Below are positions 17,565-27,352 of a stretch of 64,000 nt of DNA, piece by piece; positions within the stretch are counted from its first letter, which is position 1; each line of letters starts with the position of its first letter. The position numbers were made by a program, and so were the translations under genes. The notes beneath the pieces were generated by a model. The model ran no database searches. It had not been told where the DNA came from and saw only the letters and a list, made by a program, of their open reading frames with translations. The stretch is from a virus: the IMG/VR virus record IMGVR_UViG_3300032272_000002, positions 32,001 to 96,000 of that record. One strand, written 5' to 3'.

Positions 17565-17975
17565 ACCAAAACAATATGAGACTCAAACACCTAAAACGAT
17601 GGTGGCGACTCCGCGACAAACCAGAAACTCGGCATTGGGTTTTGGACGACAAGTATTATGTAGTCCATGAGGGCGGCGTATTCGAGTGCGACAGTCTGGA
17701 AACAGTAATTGTAGAATTCGCCGGTAAGGGAGAAATTGCTGTGATTAAGGGTGACATGCTCGATATGTCGGGCTATGATCTTTCGGAGCCGATATGATTA
17801 TCAAATACATTATCAAGGACAACAAGGGTGTCCCATATCTCTCTACTATTTCTAGAGACCGTGCAGAGGAGTGGCTAGAGTTAGCCAACGAGGGTGGCTG
17901 CCGTGGCTTAGGCTGGGCGGCAGGCGACTTCAAAATCGTAGTCAATCAACATTCTCCCAAGGGTAAAGACGAGAC

Positions 17976-18236
17976 GTGGCAATTTTAGAATATCAAGTAG
18001 CGAGATTCGCAGTAATTAAGCCATGTAATGGCGGTTATGTTGTTATGTGCAATTTGCCGACCGCTGCACTACGTTCTAAATTCAAGGGAGCTAGTGTTGC
18101 CATTCTCAGTGGGCGATCTGGTTGGATTCCTTATAGCAATAGATTCTTGGACGAGTGTACTAAGAAAACAGAAGAAGCAGCAAAAACCCTGCTACGATTT
18201 GGGGCAGACCCATTCGAGCTTGGCGGGGCACTATAG
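17976..18236 (+). CDS. small protein with C-terminal FELGGAL motif
   Basis: ORF track; stop overlaps tRNA-Ser. Confidence 0.65.
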   Translation: MAILEYQVARFAVIKPCNGGYVVMCNLPTAALRSKFKGASVAILSGRSGWIPYSNRFLDECTKKTEEAAKTLLRFGADPFELGGAL

Positions 18237-18327
18237 GCGGGATGGCAGAGTCAGGTCGATTGCAGCAGTTTGCTAAACTGTAATCCCCTCAAAAGGATCC
18301 CAGGTTCGAATCCTGGTCCCGCCGCCA
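18236..18327 (+). tRNA. tRNA-Ser(GCT)
   Basis: TT-GCT-AA, long V arm, G73, CCA. Confidence 0.9.
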
Positions 18328-18872
18328 TTACTCAATCTTTACTTGACTTCGAGCGTTAGCGAGATATAATACACTATGGCACGGAAGAACCCTGAAAATC
18401 GCCCTCTCCGCATTGTAAAATGTAGCAGCGACGGAACTCCATCAGCGACATATAAGATGGTGAACGGCGTTGTGTTGCAGGCCCTTGTGGGACTGGCACA
18501 AGCCGAAGCTGAACTTGTACGCGGTGGCAAGGATTCTGCCATGCCCCACTTCGTTGCTATCGTCAAAGAGATTGAAGACATCTGCGGTTTCCGTTTTGAG
18601 CAAATTCCCGATGAAGGTTAGATACGACATATACGCTGTTAGAGCGGCAGCCTACTACATTTCTACGTACTTGCCTAAAGTATTCGAAGATTTCGAGCAG
18701 GCTCACGACGCGATTCTAGACACTATTAAAAGCTACGCCGCCGACCGCGAGGTTACATTCGTAGAGTCTGGCGGTTACTATGTGGCATTTGACCGTGTAG
18801 GATCTCTTATTGAAGTAGATATTTTCGTTGACCCAAAACTCGTCCATGGCGGGAAAGAAGAATTAGTAGACT

Positions 18873-19112
18873 ATGAACTATAGAAATTTAAGACAAAAGG
18901 CTCGAAATAGCAAGCTGACTCCTGATGAAGAGAAAGAGTATCACTTGCTTAATCAAGAGTATCACAAAGTGACTCGCAAGTGGTTCAAGCGTAACGGTCG
19001 CGAAATGGCACAGGGTTTTTCAAAACTAGAGGCAATCAAAATGCGTCTTGGTATTGTTGAATCTGAGCTTGATCGCGATGATCCCGATTTCAGTCTGGGT
19101 GGAGCACTATGA
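18873..19112 (+). CDS. small protein with C-terminal FSLGGAL motif
   Basis: ORF track; ATGA-coupled to the downstream gene. Confidence 0.7.
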   Translation: MNYRNLRQKARNSKLTPDEEKEYHLLNQEYHKVTRKWFKRNGREMAQGFSKLEAIKMRLGIVESELDRDDPDFSLGGAL

Positions 19113-19409
19113 ATGAAGAAACGCATGTGATCGACTATCACCCTCCGATTGAAGGTGCCGCCAAAGATCGTACGGTACAGGGGGAAAAGTATGACTGTGA
19201 CAATATTGACCACTATTCTGAGTGGGCGTACGCTATTGCTTTACGAGAATTCGAGATCGGCCAAGAGGTTACTGAGGACGAACTACGTGAAGCTCTGGAG
19301 TTGGCGAAAACTCAACAGGTCATTGACAAGCTCTGCGAACAAGGTTATGTTGAAATGGTGTGGGATGGAGAAGAGCCCACGTACTATGTAACCGAAGCTG
19401 GACAGAAAC

Positions 19410-19892
19410 ATGCCGAAAACAACCCATCTCTCTAAGTATCTGGAGCTAACCAATTCTAAGCGAATTAAGCGTACGGCGGACGAGATTGAGCGTGGCCTGG
19501 ATGCCGAAGGAGCAGCCAAAGAGCGGCTGGCTACTTTTGAGAAAATCGAAAAATCGGGCGATAAGCCCATCAAGCCCAAAAAGCTGGCGAAGCGACCCCA
19601 AAAGCACAAGCTGGGCGATAAAGGCAAGTTCACGATCAAGTGTCATCCGAAAGCAGACTGCGACCCGGATTTCCTTGAGCTACTGACCGGCAAAGCGTTT
19701 CACATCGAACTGGACCAGAAATGGTTTGCATGGTTCGAAACCAAACTTGAACATCCGTACGAAGGTAATATGCAATTGTTATTAGAACATATCCTCGACA
19801 TGGGTATTGGTGAGATCATTATCTCGCTTCGCTCGCCTGAGGAACTGGCAGAGCACATTAGGTTGACAGACTTTTCAACTATTAAGAAATAA
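19410..19892 (+). CDS. hypothetical protein
   Basis: 160-aa ORF within an operon. Confidence 0.6.
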   Translation: MPKTTHLSKYLELTNSKRIKRTADEIERGLDAEGAAKERLATFEKIEKSGDKPIKPKKLAKRPQKHKLGDKGKFTIKCHPKADCDPDFLELLTGKAFHIELDQKWFAWFETKLEHPYEGNMQLLLEHILDMGIGEIIISLRSPEELAEHIRLTDFSTIKK

Positions 19893-19896
19893 AAAT

Positions 19897-19982
19897 GGAG
19901 AGTGCCGTAGAGGCTACAAATCTGGTTTGAACCCAGAGGGGGCTGTGAAAGGCTCGGGGATCGTTACCTCCACTCTCCTCCA
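19897..19982 (+). tRNA. tRNA-Ser(TGA) with 8/4 acceptor/T-stem geometry
   Basis: GGAGAGTG/CACTCTCC (8 bp), GGGG/CCTC T stem (4 bp), TT-TGA-AC, long V arm. Confidence 0.75.
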
Positions 19983-20332
19983 AAACATCATGAACGAAAA
20001 ACCTATCGACTATTTCGGCAACGAAATCAAAGAGGGTGACATTGTTGCCTATCCCACGTCTCAGAGTTCGAGTGCGACCATGAATCATGGCCGAGTCTGG
20101 GCGATCCGTCCATATACTACTACAAAGTATAACTACAAGACGAAGCAGCACGAAGAAGACGTGACGGCCTATAAACTCGGCATCAAAAAACTTGGCTGGT
20201 CCGGATACGGCTTTGGCCAAGTGAACGATGCCGATGGCAAGAAAGTCACCATTGACAATATTCGCCGCTGCATCAATCTCTCGAACATTCAGGTTGACAA
20301 GCTGGCCCCACAAGGGTAGTATTCAATCGTAT

Positions 20333-20410
20333 AGGGCCGTAGCCAAGTCTGGTTAAGGCAATCGCCTGATAAGCGATGATGCGGTGGTTCAAATCCTCCC
20401 GGCCCTACCA
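20333..20410 (+). tRNA. tRNA-Ile(GAT)
   Basis: CT-GAT-AA, CCA. Confidence 0.9.
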
Positions 20411-20420
20411 ATCAAAATAA

Positions 20421-20499
20421 CTGAGTGTGGGGAAGTTTGGCCTATCCCGGTTCCCTTGGAAGGAACAGACCGCTGGTTCAAATCCAGCCACTCAGACCA
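20421..20499 (+). tRNA. tRNA-Pro(TGG)
   Basis: C1:G72, CT-TGG-AA, CCA. Confidence 0.9.
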
Positions 20500-20505
20500 A
20501 TCAAC

Positions 20506-20595
20506 GCAGGCGTGTGCAGAGAGGCCGATTGCACCTGGCTTTTAACCAGACGAGCGAAAGCTCCACCGTAGGTTCGACTCCTACCGCCTGTACCA
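20506..20595 (+). tRNA. tRNA-Lys(TTT) with long variable arm
   Basis: CT-TTT-AA; V-arm hairpin GAGC-GAAA-GCTC; A73-CCA. Confidence 0.85.
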
Positions 20596-20612
20596 TTTTT
20601 GAGCGAAGCGAA

Positions 20613-21287
20613 ATGACTGACTTCCACTACGACGTAAGCCTAGACTACGAAACGGACCACAACTGCTCAGAAAGCGGCTGTGACGACGAGGGGATCTGCC
20701 GTTGCGGCACGATCAGTAACGTTCGCGTCGAAAGAGTCGATTCCTGGGATATCGCTCGACACTATCCGACTGGCGATATCATTCACGACTATGCCGTTGA
20801 GCGTCTGATCTCTCGCTTCCGTACGGACGAATTCGACATCGAAGTAGGTGGCGGATATTACGGAGACGAAATCGATGGCGTCACCCTGACAAATGCCGCT
20901 CAAGATTCAATCCATAAGGCACAGGCCCTTATTACGACTGCCGAACAGGTCGAACACTATCTTGCACTAGAAAACGGCGAAGTGCTGCACAAGCACCGCG
21001 ACCGTCAATGGGAGCATGTCAAGATTCCTATTGACGACGTGATTCCCGGCAAGAACCGTGCTGGACTCGATAAGAAGCAGATTGCTTTCTATCGTGATAA
21101 GTTTAAGTATGATAAAATTACGCCGACTGTTCTCTGTGAAAAGAAAGGACATGATAAATACGTGCTGATCGATGGCTACCACCGCTATCACGCGGCTTTG
21201 GAAGCCAACAAGAAAAAGATCGACGTTATCTTCTTCGTGTCGGACGCGAGGAAAGTGGCCGACTTCGAGTTGGGCGGTGCTCTTTGA
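20613..21287 (+). CDS. ParB/Srx-like domain protein with C-terminal FELGGAL motif
   Basis: YVLIDGYHRYHAA; Cys-rich N-terminus; start at ATG 20613 after the tRNAs. Confidence 0.75.
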   Translation: MTDFHYDVSLDYETDHNCSESGCDDEGICRCGTISNVRVERVDSWDIARHYPTGDIIHDYAVERLISRFRTDEFDIEVGGGYYGDEIDGVTLTNAAQDSIHKAQALITTAEQVEHYLALENGEVLHKHRDRQWEHVKIPIDDVIPGKNRAGLDKKQIAFYRDKFKYDKITPTVLCEKKGHDKYVLIDGYHRYHAALEANKKKIDVIFFVSDARKVADFELGGAL

Positions 21288-21601
21288 GCGGGATTTGGTG
21301 TCCAATGGCAGGTAAAATACTAGGAACCGAAGTGCGTGACCCAGAGTTTATGGATGCTGAGGGTATCGTACGCATTCGTGAAAAATCTAATTGCGAATGG
21401 GTTATGACGCGAAGCGGATATTGGGGCATGGCCTGGGTCACTGGCAGTATTGCTGTCAAGTGGGTCAAGGCTGGTCGTCACGCATCAAAATTTGAAAATG
21501 CTGGACGTGCCATTGCCATCTGTTCATATTTTGGCTGGGAATATATGATTGAACCGTTCGACCACATGGCTGACACTCTAGAATTGGGCGGTGCCCTATG
21601 A
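21284..21601 (+). CDS. small protein with C-terminal LELGGAL motif
   Basis: ORF track. Confidence 0.65.
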   Translation: MSGIWCPMAGKILGTEVRDPEFMDAEGIVRIREKSNCEWVMTRSGYWGMAWVTGSIAVKWVKAGRHASKFENAGRAIAICSYFGWEYMIEPFDHMADTLELGGAL

Positions 21602-22509
21602 TTATCCACGTTATTGCTAAAGGCAACTACTTCAAGGCGTACGGCGATGCCCTCGGTCTAGCGTTCGTGAGGACTGGCCACCAAGTCATCCGTTTTGACG
21701 AGGACACCTACGAGGTTCCGCGAGTCGAGGCCGACCTCCACATCGTAGTCGGCCCCAACGTCTACAATCACGACACGATCCGCGAACTCCCCGGCAAGAA
21801 AGTCGCCATCCTCACCGAGCAGATGCCGCAGATCGGCTATCCCGCCTCACACTTCGTCATCGACCGCTTACAGCAGTTCACACGCCACAAGGATTTATAT
21901 GATCTTTATATTGAATGGAGCGAAATGAATGGAGAATTCCTCAAGGCTAAGTTCCCCGATCTCAACCTCGCAGTCTTCCCGCATGGATTCGTGGATTCAA
22001 ACGTCCTGCACGTACCTACTTCTAGCTGTGATTGGGATGTATGCTTCTTCGGGAGTATGTCTGGCCGTCGTCAGGATCTTCTGGACGAACTGAAAAAGAA
22101 TAGTAGCCTCAGAATCTATCCGGAGCACGAAGATGTCTGGGGCAAGCACAAGTACGAGATTATGCGGAGTTCGATTGTTGTGCTGAATATGCACTTTGCA
22201 GACTTCCCGCCCTCCTTCGAAGCTCATCGCGTCTTCGACGCAATATCGGTCGGTAGGCCGGTTGTGTCGGAGAAGATGAATGGCGTGCCGCCAGGTCTTT
22301 TGAATAACGGCCTGCATGCCGCTCAGTTTCTATACGACGATCTTGTCGATGGACTTATGGGCGTACTTAGTAGGGAACCAGCCACGCTTGACGCGATGGG
22401 CGGCAGTCTCAGGTTTGCAGCCGAACACCGCTATCCGATGGAAACACTCACGCGGGTTATCTTGCAGCATACGAACAAGCCAGCTAAAGAACTAGAGGTA
22501 TACCACTAA
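21598..22509 (+). CDS. glycosyltransferase (GT-B, CgeB-like)
   Basis: DVCFFGSMSGRR, VLNMH, RVFDAISVGRPVVSE. Confidence 0.75.
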   Translation: MIIHVIAKGNYFKAYGDALGLAFVRTGHQVIRFDEDTYEVPRVEADLHIVVGPNVYNHDTIRELPGKKVAILTEQMPQIGYPASHFVIDRLQQFTRHKDLYDLYIEWSEMNGEFLKAKFPDLNLAVFPHGFVDSNVLHVPTSSCDWDVCFFGSMSGRRQDLLDELKKNSSLRIYPEHEDVWGKHKYEIMRSSIVVLNMHFADFPPSFEAHRVFDAISVGRPVVSEKMNGVPPGLLNNGLHAAQFLYDDLVDGLMGVLSREPATLDAMGGSLRFAAEHRYPMETLTRVILQHTNKPAKELEVYH

Positions 22510-22982
22510 TGAAACGAATGCTCGAACTTGGCGTTGGCGACAATGCTAGGAAACAAGATGGCTATGAATACCATGCTGTGGATTGCGTGCCTACCCTGGA
22601 GACAACCGCAGTTTGTAAGGTAGGATTTGAGCCGCTGCCGTACGAGGACAACTACTTCGACTTCGTTCTGGGCGATCAGTTTTTGGAGCATATTCCCAGG
22701 CAAGGGCCTGACGGGAATCCGGTTATTCAATGCATCAATGAGTGCTATCGCGTTGCTAAGCCTGGGGCGAAGCTCCAGTTCAATGTGCCTAAGTGGAATT
22801 CACAGGAAATGTGGCAGGACCCGACACACGTCAATCCTGTGCCGCCCGCGTTCTGGGTTTACTTTGCCGAGCTTGATCCGTGGAATCTCAAAGAATCCTA
22901 TGGTATCAATGCAAAGCTGCGTTTAGACGAGACTATTGATGCCGGATGGTATCACGTTTATAAATTGACTGTGATAAAGTAA
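22509..22982 (+). CDS. class I SAM-dependent methyltransferase
   Basis: LELGVG, LPYEDNYFD, FLEHI, YRVAKPGA, DPTH. Confidence 0.85.
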   Translation: MKRMLELGVGDNARKQDGYEYHAVDCVPTLETTAVCKVGFEPLPYEDNYFDFVLGDQFLEHIPRQGPDGNPVIQCINECYRVAKPGAKLQFNVPKWNSQEMWQDPTHVNPVPPAFWVYFAELDPWNLKESYGINAKLRLDETIDAGWYHVYKLTVIK

Positions 22983-23175
22983 TGGCCGAGTTCAAAGAAA
23001 CTCGTATCGTCCTGAAAATATCGGATGAGCAGACACAGCATATCATGAAGGCTTTGATTGTTGCCGGGATTCTTGCAAACAATAGACTAGTAAAAAACTT
23101 CAACGATCCTGGCCTGGCCGTTAGGCTGGCCGAAGATCAAGTCAACAGAATTATAGAAGAGGCCGAGTAATCCAA

Positions 23176-23409
23176 ATGTGCAAAGACTGCAAAGAAATCG
23201 AAGGTCATGTTGTGGCAAATAAAGGTTATATCTATATTTGTGCATGCAGTCACCGTATTGGATGGGACGTGCAAGATTTTCCCAATTGGAATTCTAAGTA
23301 TAACAAGCGTTCTTTCATGGTGTGCCACGGTTGCAAAAATGTACGCTATACGTTGCGTCAGCATTATACGCAACTGAGCAAACACTTCATTTTAGGAGGA
23401 GCCCTGTAA
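23176..23409 (+). CDS. Cys-rich small protein with C-terminal FILGGAL motif
   Basis: CKDC, CAC, CHGC. Confidence 0.7.
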   Translation: MCKDCKEIEGHVVANKGYIYICACSHRIGWDVQDFPNWNSKYNKRSFMVCHGCKNVRYTLRQHYTQLSKHFILGGAL

Positions 23410-23609
23410 TGCCTACGTACGAATACAAGTGTAATGGTTGCGAAGCGACCGTTGAGATCTTTCAACAGATTACCGAGAATCCCAAGCGTAAGTGCCCTGA
23501 GTGTGGTAAGCTACGTTTGAAGCGTCAGATTGGAATGGGTGGCGGAATCATCTTTCGCGGCGAAGGCTTCCACTGTAACGATTACGGGAAAAAAGACAAA
23601 ACAGATTGA
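23409..23609 (+). CDS. FmdB-family zinc-ribbon protein
   Basis: MPTYEYKCNGC...CPECG...IIFRGEGFHCNDY. Confidence 0.85.
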   Translation: MPTYEYKCNGCEATVEIFQQITENPKRKCPECGKLRLKRQIGMGGGIIFRGEGFHCNDYGKKDKTD

Positions 23610-23641
23610 CATGCTGCTTGCAGCACGTTAGCATAGAACAT

Positions 23642-23726
23642 GCCCGAGTGGTGGAACTGGAATACACATCAGACTTAAAATCTGACGCCTAACGGATTGC
23701 GGGTTCGAATCCCGCCTTGGGTACCA
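23642..23726 (+). tRNA. tRNA-Leu(TAA)
   Basis: CT-TAA-AA, V arm, CCA. Confidence 0.92.
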
Positions 23727-23737
23727 CTAACATTATC

Positions 23738-24205
23738 ATGCATAAGATTATCTTTCTAGACGTTGACGGAGTACTCAACTGTGCTGCTACGTGGGACGGC
23801 CCGCACGCAGACGGTTTCGACACTCTTGATCCAGCTATGTGCGATAATCTGGCCCAAATCGTACGAGCAACGCAGGCCATCGTGGTTCTGTCCTCTACGT
23901 GGCGACTATACGACGACACAGGGCTTGCCAAGCTAACAGTCTGGCTTGCTGAACGAGATATTACTATCCATTCGCATACTAAGGATCTCAGTTTGACAGA
24001 TCCACACGTTTCGCGAGGCAAAGAAATTGCTCTGTGGCTTGATGAGCACGAAGAGGAGTTTCCTAGATTAGAGCGTAATTTCGTCATCTTAGATGATATG
24101 ACAGATATGCTCCATTCTCAAAAATCAAGTTTTGTACATACAAGTAATAAAGATGGGCTAACACAAGCTCATGTGGACAAAGCTATTAAAATATTAACAG
24201 AATAA
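23738..24205 (+). CDS. HAD-family phosphatase (Swiss-army-knife RNA-repair type)
   Basis: IIFLDVDGVLN, VLSSTWR, RGKEI, VILDD. Confidence 0.85.
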   Translation: MHKIIFLDVDGVLNCAATWDGPHADGFDTLDPAMCDNLAQIVRATQAIVVLSSTWRLYDDTGLAKLTVWLAERDITIHSHTKDLSLTDPHVSRGKEIALWLDEHEEEFPRLERNFVILDDMTDMLHSQKSSFVHTSNKDGLTQAHVDKAIKILTE

Positions 24206-24207
24206 AT

Positions 24208-24284
24208 GCGGGGTTGACGGAACTGGTATACGTGTCTGACTTAGAATCAGGATTTTGGGGGTTCGAATCCCCCACCCCGTACCA
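24208..24284 (+). tRNA. tRNA-Leu(TAG) lacking a long variable arm
   Basis: CT-TAG-AA; short variable region; CCA. Confidence 0.88.
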
Positions 24285-24290
24285 AACATT

Positions 24291-24740
24291 ATGAGCTTTC
24301 GAATTAAACACAAACCGACCGGACTGTTCTATCGTCCTTCTCGCACCGTGAAGAACAAAGATAGGTCCGCTTACGTGAAGTCCAATTTATCAGATAAGGG
24401 TAAGAGCTACCATACGTCGCCATCGCTGGGGTGGATCGGTGGCAGGATTTATACGCACTTGCATACTGATGCAAAAAGCAAGTATATCGATGCCCCTCTG
24501 ACGGATTGGGAGATCATTGATGATGAAGCCCCGAAACGGCCCGAGGGTCTCTCGGACGATGAGTATGCGATGCGAACGGGGACTGAGGCTTACCTTAAGC
24601 TGTTGGTCGAACGTGCTGATGAAATTACCAAACTCCATGACGAGGAGCACGCTAGGCGTGTCATGGGTGAAATTTTCCGTTACGGAGTAGAGGTGGTCGA
24701 TCAGGCCCGAGCAAACTTTGAACTCGGTGGAGCACTATGA
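24291..24740 (+). CDS. hypothetical protein with C-terminal FELGGAL motif
   Basis: Start at ATG 24291 after the tRNA. Confidence 0.7.
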   Translation: MSFRIKHKPTGLFYRPSRTVKNKDRSAYVKSNLSDKGKSYHTSPSLGWIGGRIYTHLHTDAKSKYIDAPLTDWEIIDDEAPKRPEGLSDDEYAMRTGTEAYLKLLVERADEITKLHDEEHARRVMGEIFRYGVEVVDQARANFELGGAL

Positions 24741-25195
24741 AAACATTTGAAGAAGGCGAATGGCTGGCCCGCCACGGTGAAATGTGGATGGTAAAAGAAA
24801 TACAGTCGGGCCACCGTCCAGGTGAAAGCGTTACATACAATATTAGCAATGGATATGTCGAGACTTGGGCCTCTCCAGAGAGAGGCGGCCTATATAAGCT
24901 GACATTGCCCGTTAAGAATGCAGTTGACTCGTTCGTTATTGCTAGAAAAAAGATGCATGACATTACGCCGCCTGGATTCAATTGGCCCGATATGTCTCGC
25001 GTCTACGAAAATCTCTTTGAGCGAATTTGTGATCTACTAGAAGAACACGAAGGTAACTACCAGGACAATGATGAATTCGAAAAAGCGAACCGTGAGCTTT
25101 GGGACGAGTTCAAGAAATTAGAAGAAGAAATTATAGACGCTGTTGACGCAAGCAAAGGTATTAAAGTGGGCGGCGTTTCGATGTTCCGGCGATAA
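24737..25195 (+). CDS. hypothetical protein
   Basis: ATGA coupling. Confidence 0.65.
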   Translation: MKTFEEGEWLARHGEMWMVKEIQSGHRPGESVTYNISNGYVETWASPERGGLYKLTLPVKNAVDSFVIARKKMHDITPPGFNWPDMSRVYENLFERICDLLEEHEGNYQDNDEFEKANRELWDEFKKLEEEIIDAVDASKGIKVGGVSMFRR

Positions 25196-25217
25196 GCCGC
25201 TTGACAAAACAGTGTGA

Positions 25218-25291
25218 CGGGATATAGTGTAAAGGCAGCACATGAGGGTCATAACCTCCTAGTCACGGTTCGAGTCCGTGTATCCCTACCA
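25218..25291 (+). tRNA. tRNA-Met(CAT), possibly initiator-like
   Basis: GT-CAT-AA; 1:72 mismatch; CCA. Confidence 0.8.
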
Positions 25292-25547
25292 ACCTAACTA
25301 ATTACCATGATTGCAATTTACTTCCTTCTGGCCCTCCTATCTATTGGGGTAGGTTTCCTGGTCTGGCGTGCCCTCATGCGAAGCCCCAAGACCGATAAAT
25401 TTTTTGATCTCTCCTTGCGTGGCGAGGAAGATGCTGATATGATTCTACGTCGGCGTAAGAACGCTAACAAGGATCTCAAGACCCGAGGGCGTACCTTGGG
25501 TAAACGCGAACGTTTCCTTCAATCCGAAATTCAAAAACTAAAAGACA

Positions 25548-26801
25548 ATGAGTAATCGATCCATTATCGCAGCCGTTGCGGCAGGCTTTGTCCTCCTCAT
25601 CGGCATCATCGCCGGCTTCACAGTCGTCGGACACAACAATGACCAGAACTGGCAAGTCGTCCAGTCGCCGGGCGGCGAGATTTCTCTTCGAGATCAAGCC
25701 GGTTGGTATAACAAGGGCTTCTCCAACGTCACCACGTATCCGCGTGCCCACCAATTTCCGTGGGGTCCGATTCGTGTGACTTTCAACGATGGCGGCACCG
25801 CCGAAGTGAGCGGCACGATGCGTATGCGTACGCCGACCACCGAAGATGCTCGTCGTCTATTCCACCGTGAATTCAGTGCTGACGAAACACTCCGCAATGC
25901 CGAGCGGGCCGTCAGTTCTCACCTTATCAACACGGTCAAAGTGACCGGCCCCGTCATGAGCGGTTCCGAGCACCAGTCCGCCCGTAAAGGCGAGTTCTAC
26001 AACCTCGTTCGTTCGCAGCTTGAAGATGGCCTGTATCAGACTCGCAAAGTCGAGCGTGAGCTTTTCGACCAAACCGACGAGAACGGCCAGCCGATTACTG
26101 TGTTCGCTACCGAGATTGTTCTTGGCGAAAACGGTCAGCCACTCATTGCAGAAATGTCGCCTCTCAGTCAGTATGATTTTGAGATCGCTCAATTCTCCAT
26201 CGAGGGCACGGAATATGATGCCAAAACCCTTGAGCTTTTCGCTTCTAAGAAAGAGTCGCTCCTGAACGCTGAGCAGTCGAAAGCTCAACGTCAAGAGCAG
26301 GTTCAAGAACGTCTGATGATCGTGGAGCGTGGCCTCAAAGAGAAGACCGAGATCGAAGCTCAGGCCAACAAAGAGAAGGCCCGCCTTACGATTGAAGGCG
26401 AAACGCGAGTTGCGGTTGCCAACCAGGCTGCCCTCCAGGCTGTCCAACTCAAGCAAGAGCAGACTACGCAGGCTGAGGCTCGTCGTGATATTGCCGCACT
26501 TAATCTAGAGGCCGAACGCCTCAATGCGGAAGCCGTGATGGTGGCCGCTCAGGCCGAAGAGGTACGCATTACGCAGGCCGGTGCTATTACCGAGGAAGCC
26601 CGTGTGCTCGCTGAGATCGACCGTGATGCTCGCATCGGCGTGGCCCACGAAATGGCTCAGATCAATGTCCCTGGCTTCATGATTACCGGAGGAGGATCCT
26701 CCGGAGGTAGTGGCCTGGAGCAACTGCTTAATGTCTTCATGATGCGTCAGATGGGAGTGTTCGATCCGAGTGACTTTGCTACGCCGAACAGCGAAGAGTA
26801 G
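25548..26801 (+). CDS. SPFH/band-7 (flotillin-like) membrane protein
   Basis: N-terminal TM helix, SPFH-like domain, Ala/Glu-rich coiled coil. Confidence 0.75.
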   Translation: MSNRSIIAAVAAGFVLLIGIIAGFTVVGHNNDQNWQVVQSPGGEISLRDQAGWYNKGFSNVTTYPRAHQFPWGPIRVTFNDGGTAEVSGTMRMRTPTTEDARRLFHREFSADETLRNAERAVSSHLINTVKVTGPVMSGSEHQSARKGEFYNLVRSQLEDGLYQTRKVERELFDQTDENGQPITVFATEIVLGENGQPLIAEMSPLSQYDFEIAQFSIEGTEYDAKTLELFASKKESLLNAEQSKAQRQEQVQERLMIVERGLKEKTEIEAQANKEKARLTIEGETRVAVANQAALQAVQLKQEQTTQAEARRDIAALNLEAERLNAEAVMVAAQAEEVRITQAGAITEEARVLAEIDRDARIGVAHEMAQINVPGFMITGGGSSGGSGLEQLLNVFMMRQMGVFDPSDFATPNSEE

Positions 26802-26873
26802 TCAGCCTCACGGCTGAAAGAAATGCAGGGAGTCGCTTGACAAGGGCGGCTCCCTGTGGTAGTATATAGAGCC

Positions 26874-27272
26874 ATGAATACCCAACAATACGTCGAATAC
26901 TTCTATCCGGGCCTCATGTTCGCTGAGTCTAGCTCTCAGAAGGTGGAAACCCGTGATCCTGCCGCAATTGCCTCAAAACTCCCTGAGGGAGCTTACTGCT
27001 TCCGCTTCATGGAACGCACGGAAGGCGAAATCGACGGCGAGGCTGTTAATGGCAAATTCAAGAATCACTCTGGCAACTACTTCCCGGCTGGCTCCGTCAA
27101 AATGAGCCTAGCCGAAGTAAAGCGAGAAATGCCTAATGAGGAGATCCTGATTTCCAACATGGAAGGCAACAAGATCCCGCATGTCGTGAAAACCGTCCGA
27201 GGCAATATTGTGGCCTTTAACGACGGTGACAAGATGATCGATGATTCGAATGCCCTCGAAGGGGCACTATAG
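26874..27272 (+). CDS. hypothetical protein with C-terminal NALEGAL motif
   Basis: ATG after promoter TTGACA(26837)-TAGTAT(26860). Confidence 0.7.
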   Translation: MNTQQYVEYFYPGLMFAESSSQKVETRDPAAIASKLPEGAYCFRFMERTEGEIDGEAVNGKFKNHSGNYFPAGSVKMSLAEVKREMPNEEILISNMEGNKIPHVVKTVRGNIVAFNDGDKMIDDSNALEGAL

Positions 27273-27278
27273 AACAAA

Positions 27279-27352
27279 GGGCGATTAGTTAAACGGTATA
27301 ATCTTGGTGTTACATACCAAAGTTGTGGGTTCGATTCCCTCATTGCCTACCA
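27279..27352 (+). tRNA. tRNA-Val(TAC)
   Basis: GT-TAC-AT, CCA. Confidence 0.85.

Noticed and set aside
12679-24290. N-terminal extensions of ORFs 12679, 16923, 19927, 20427, 23717 and 24255 (also 6572)
   Set aside because: They run through tRNA genes; the true starts lie downstream.
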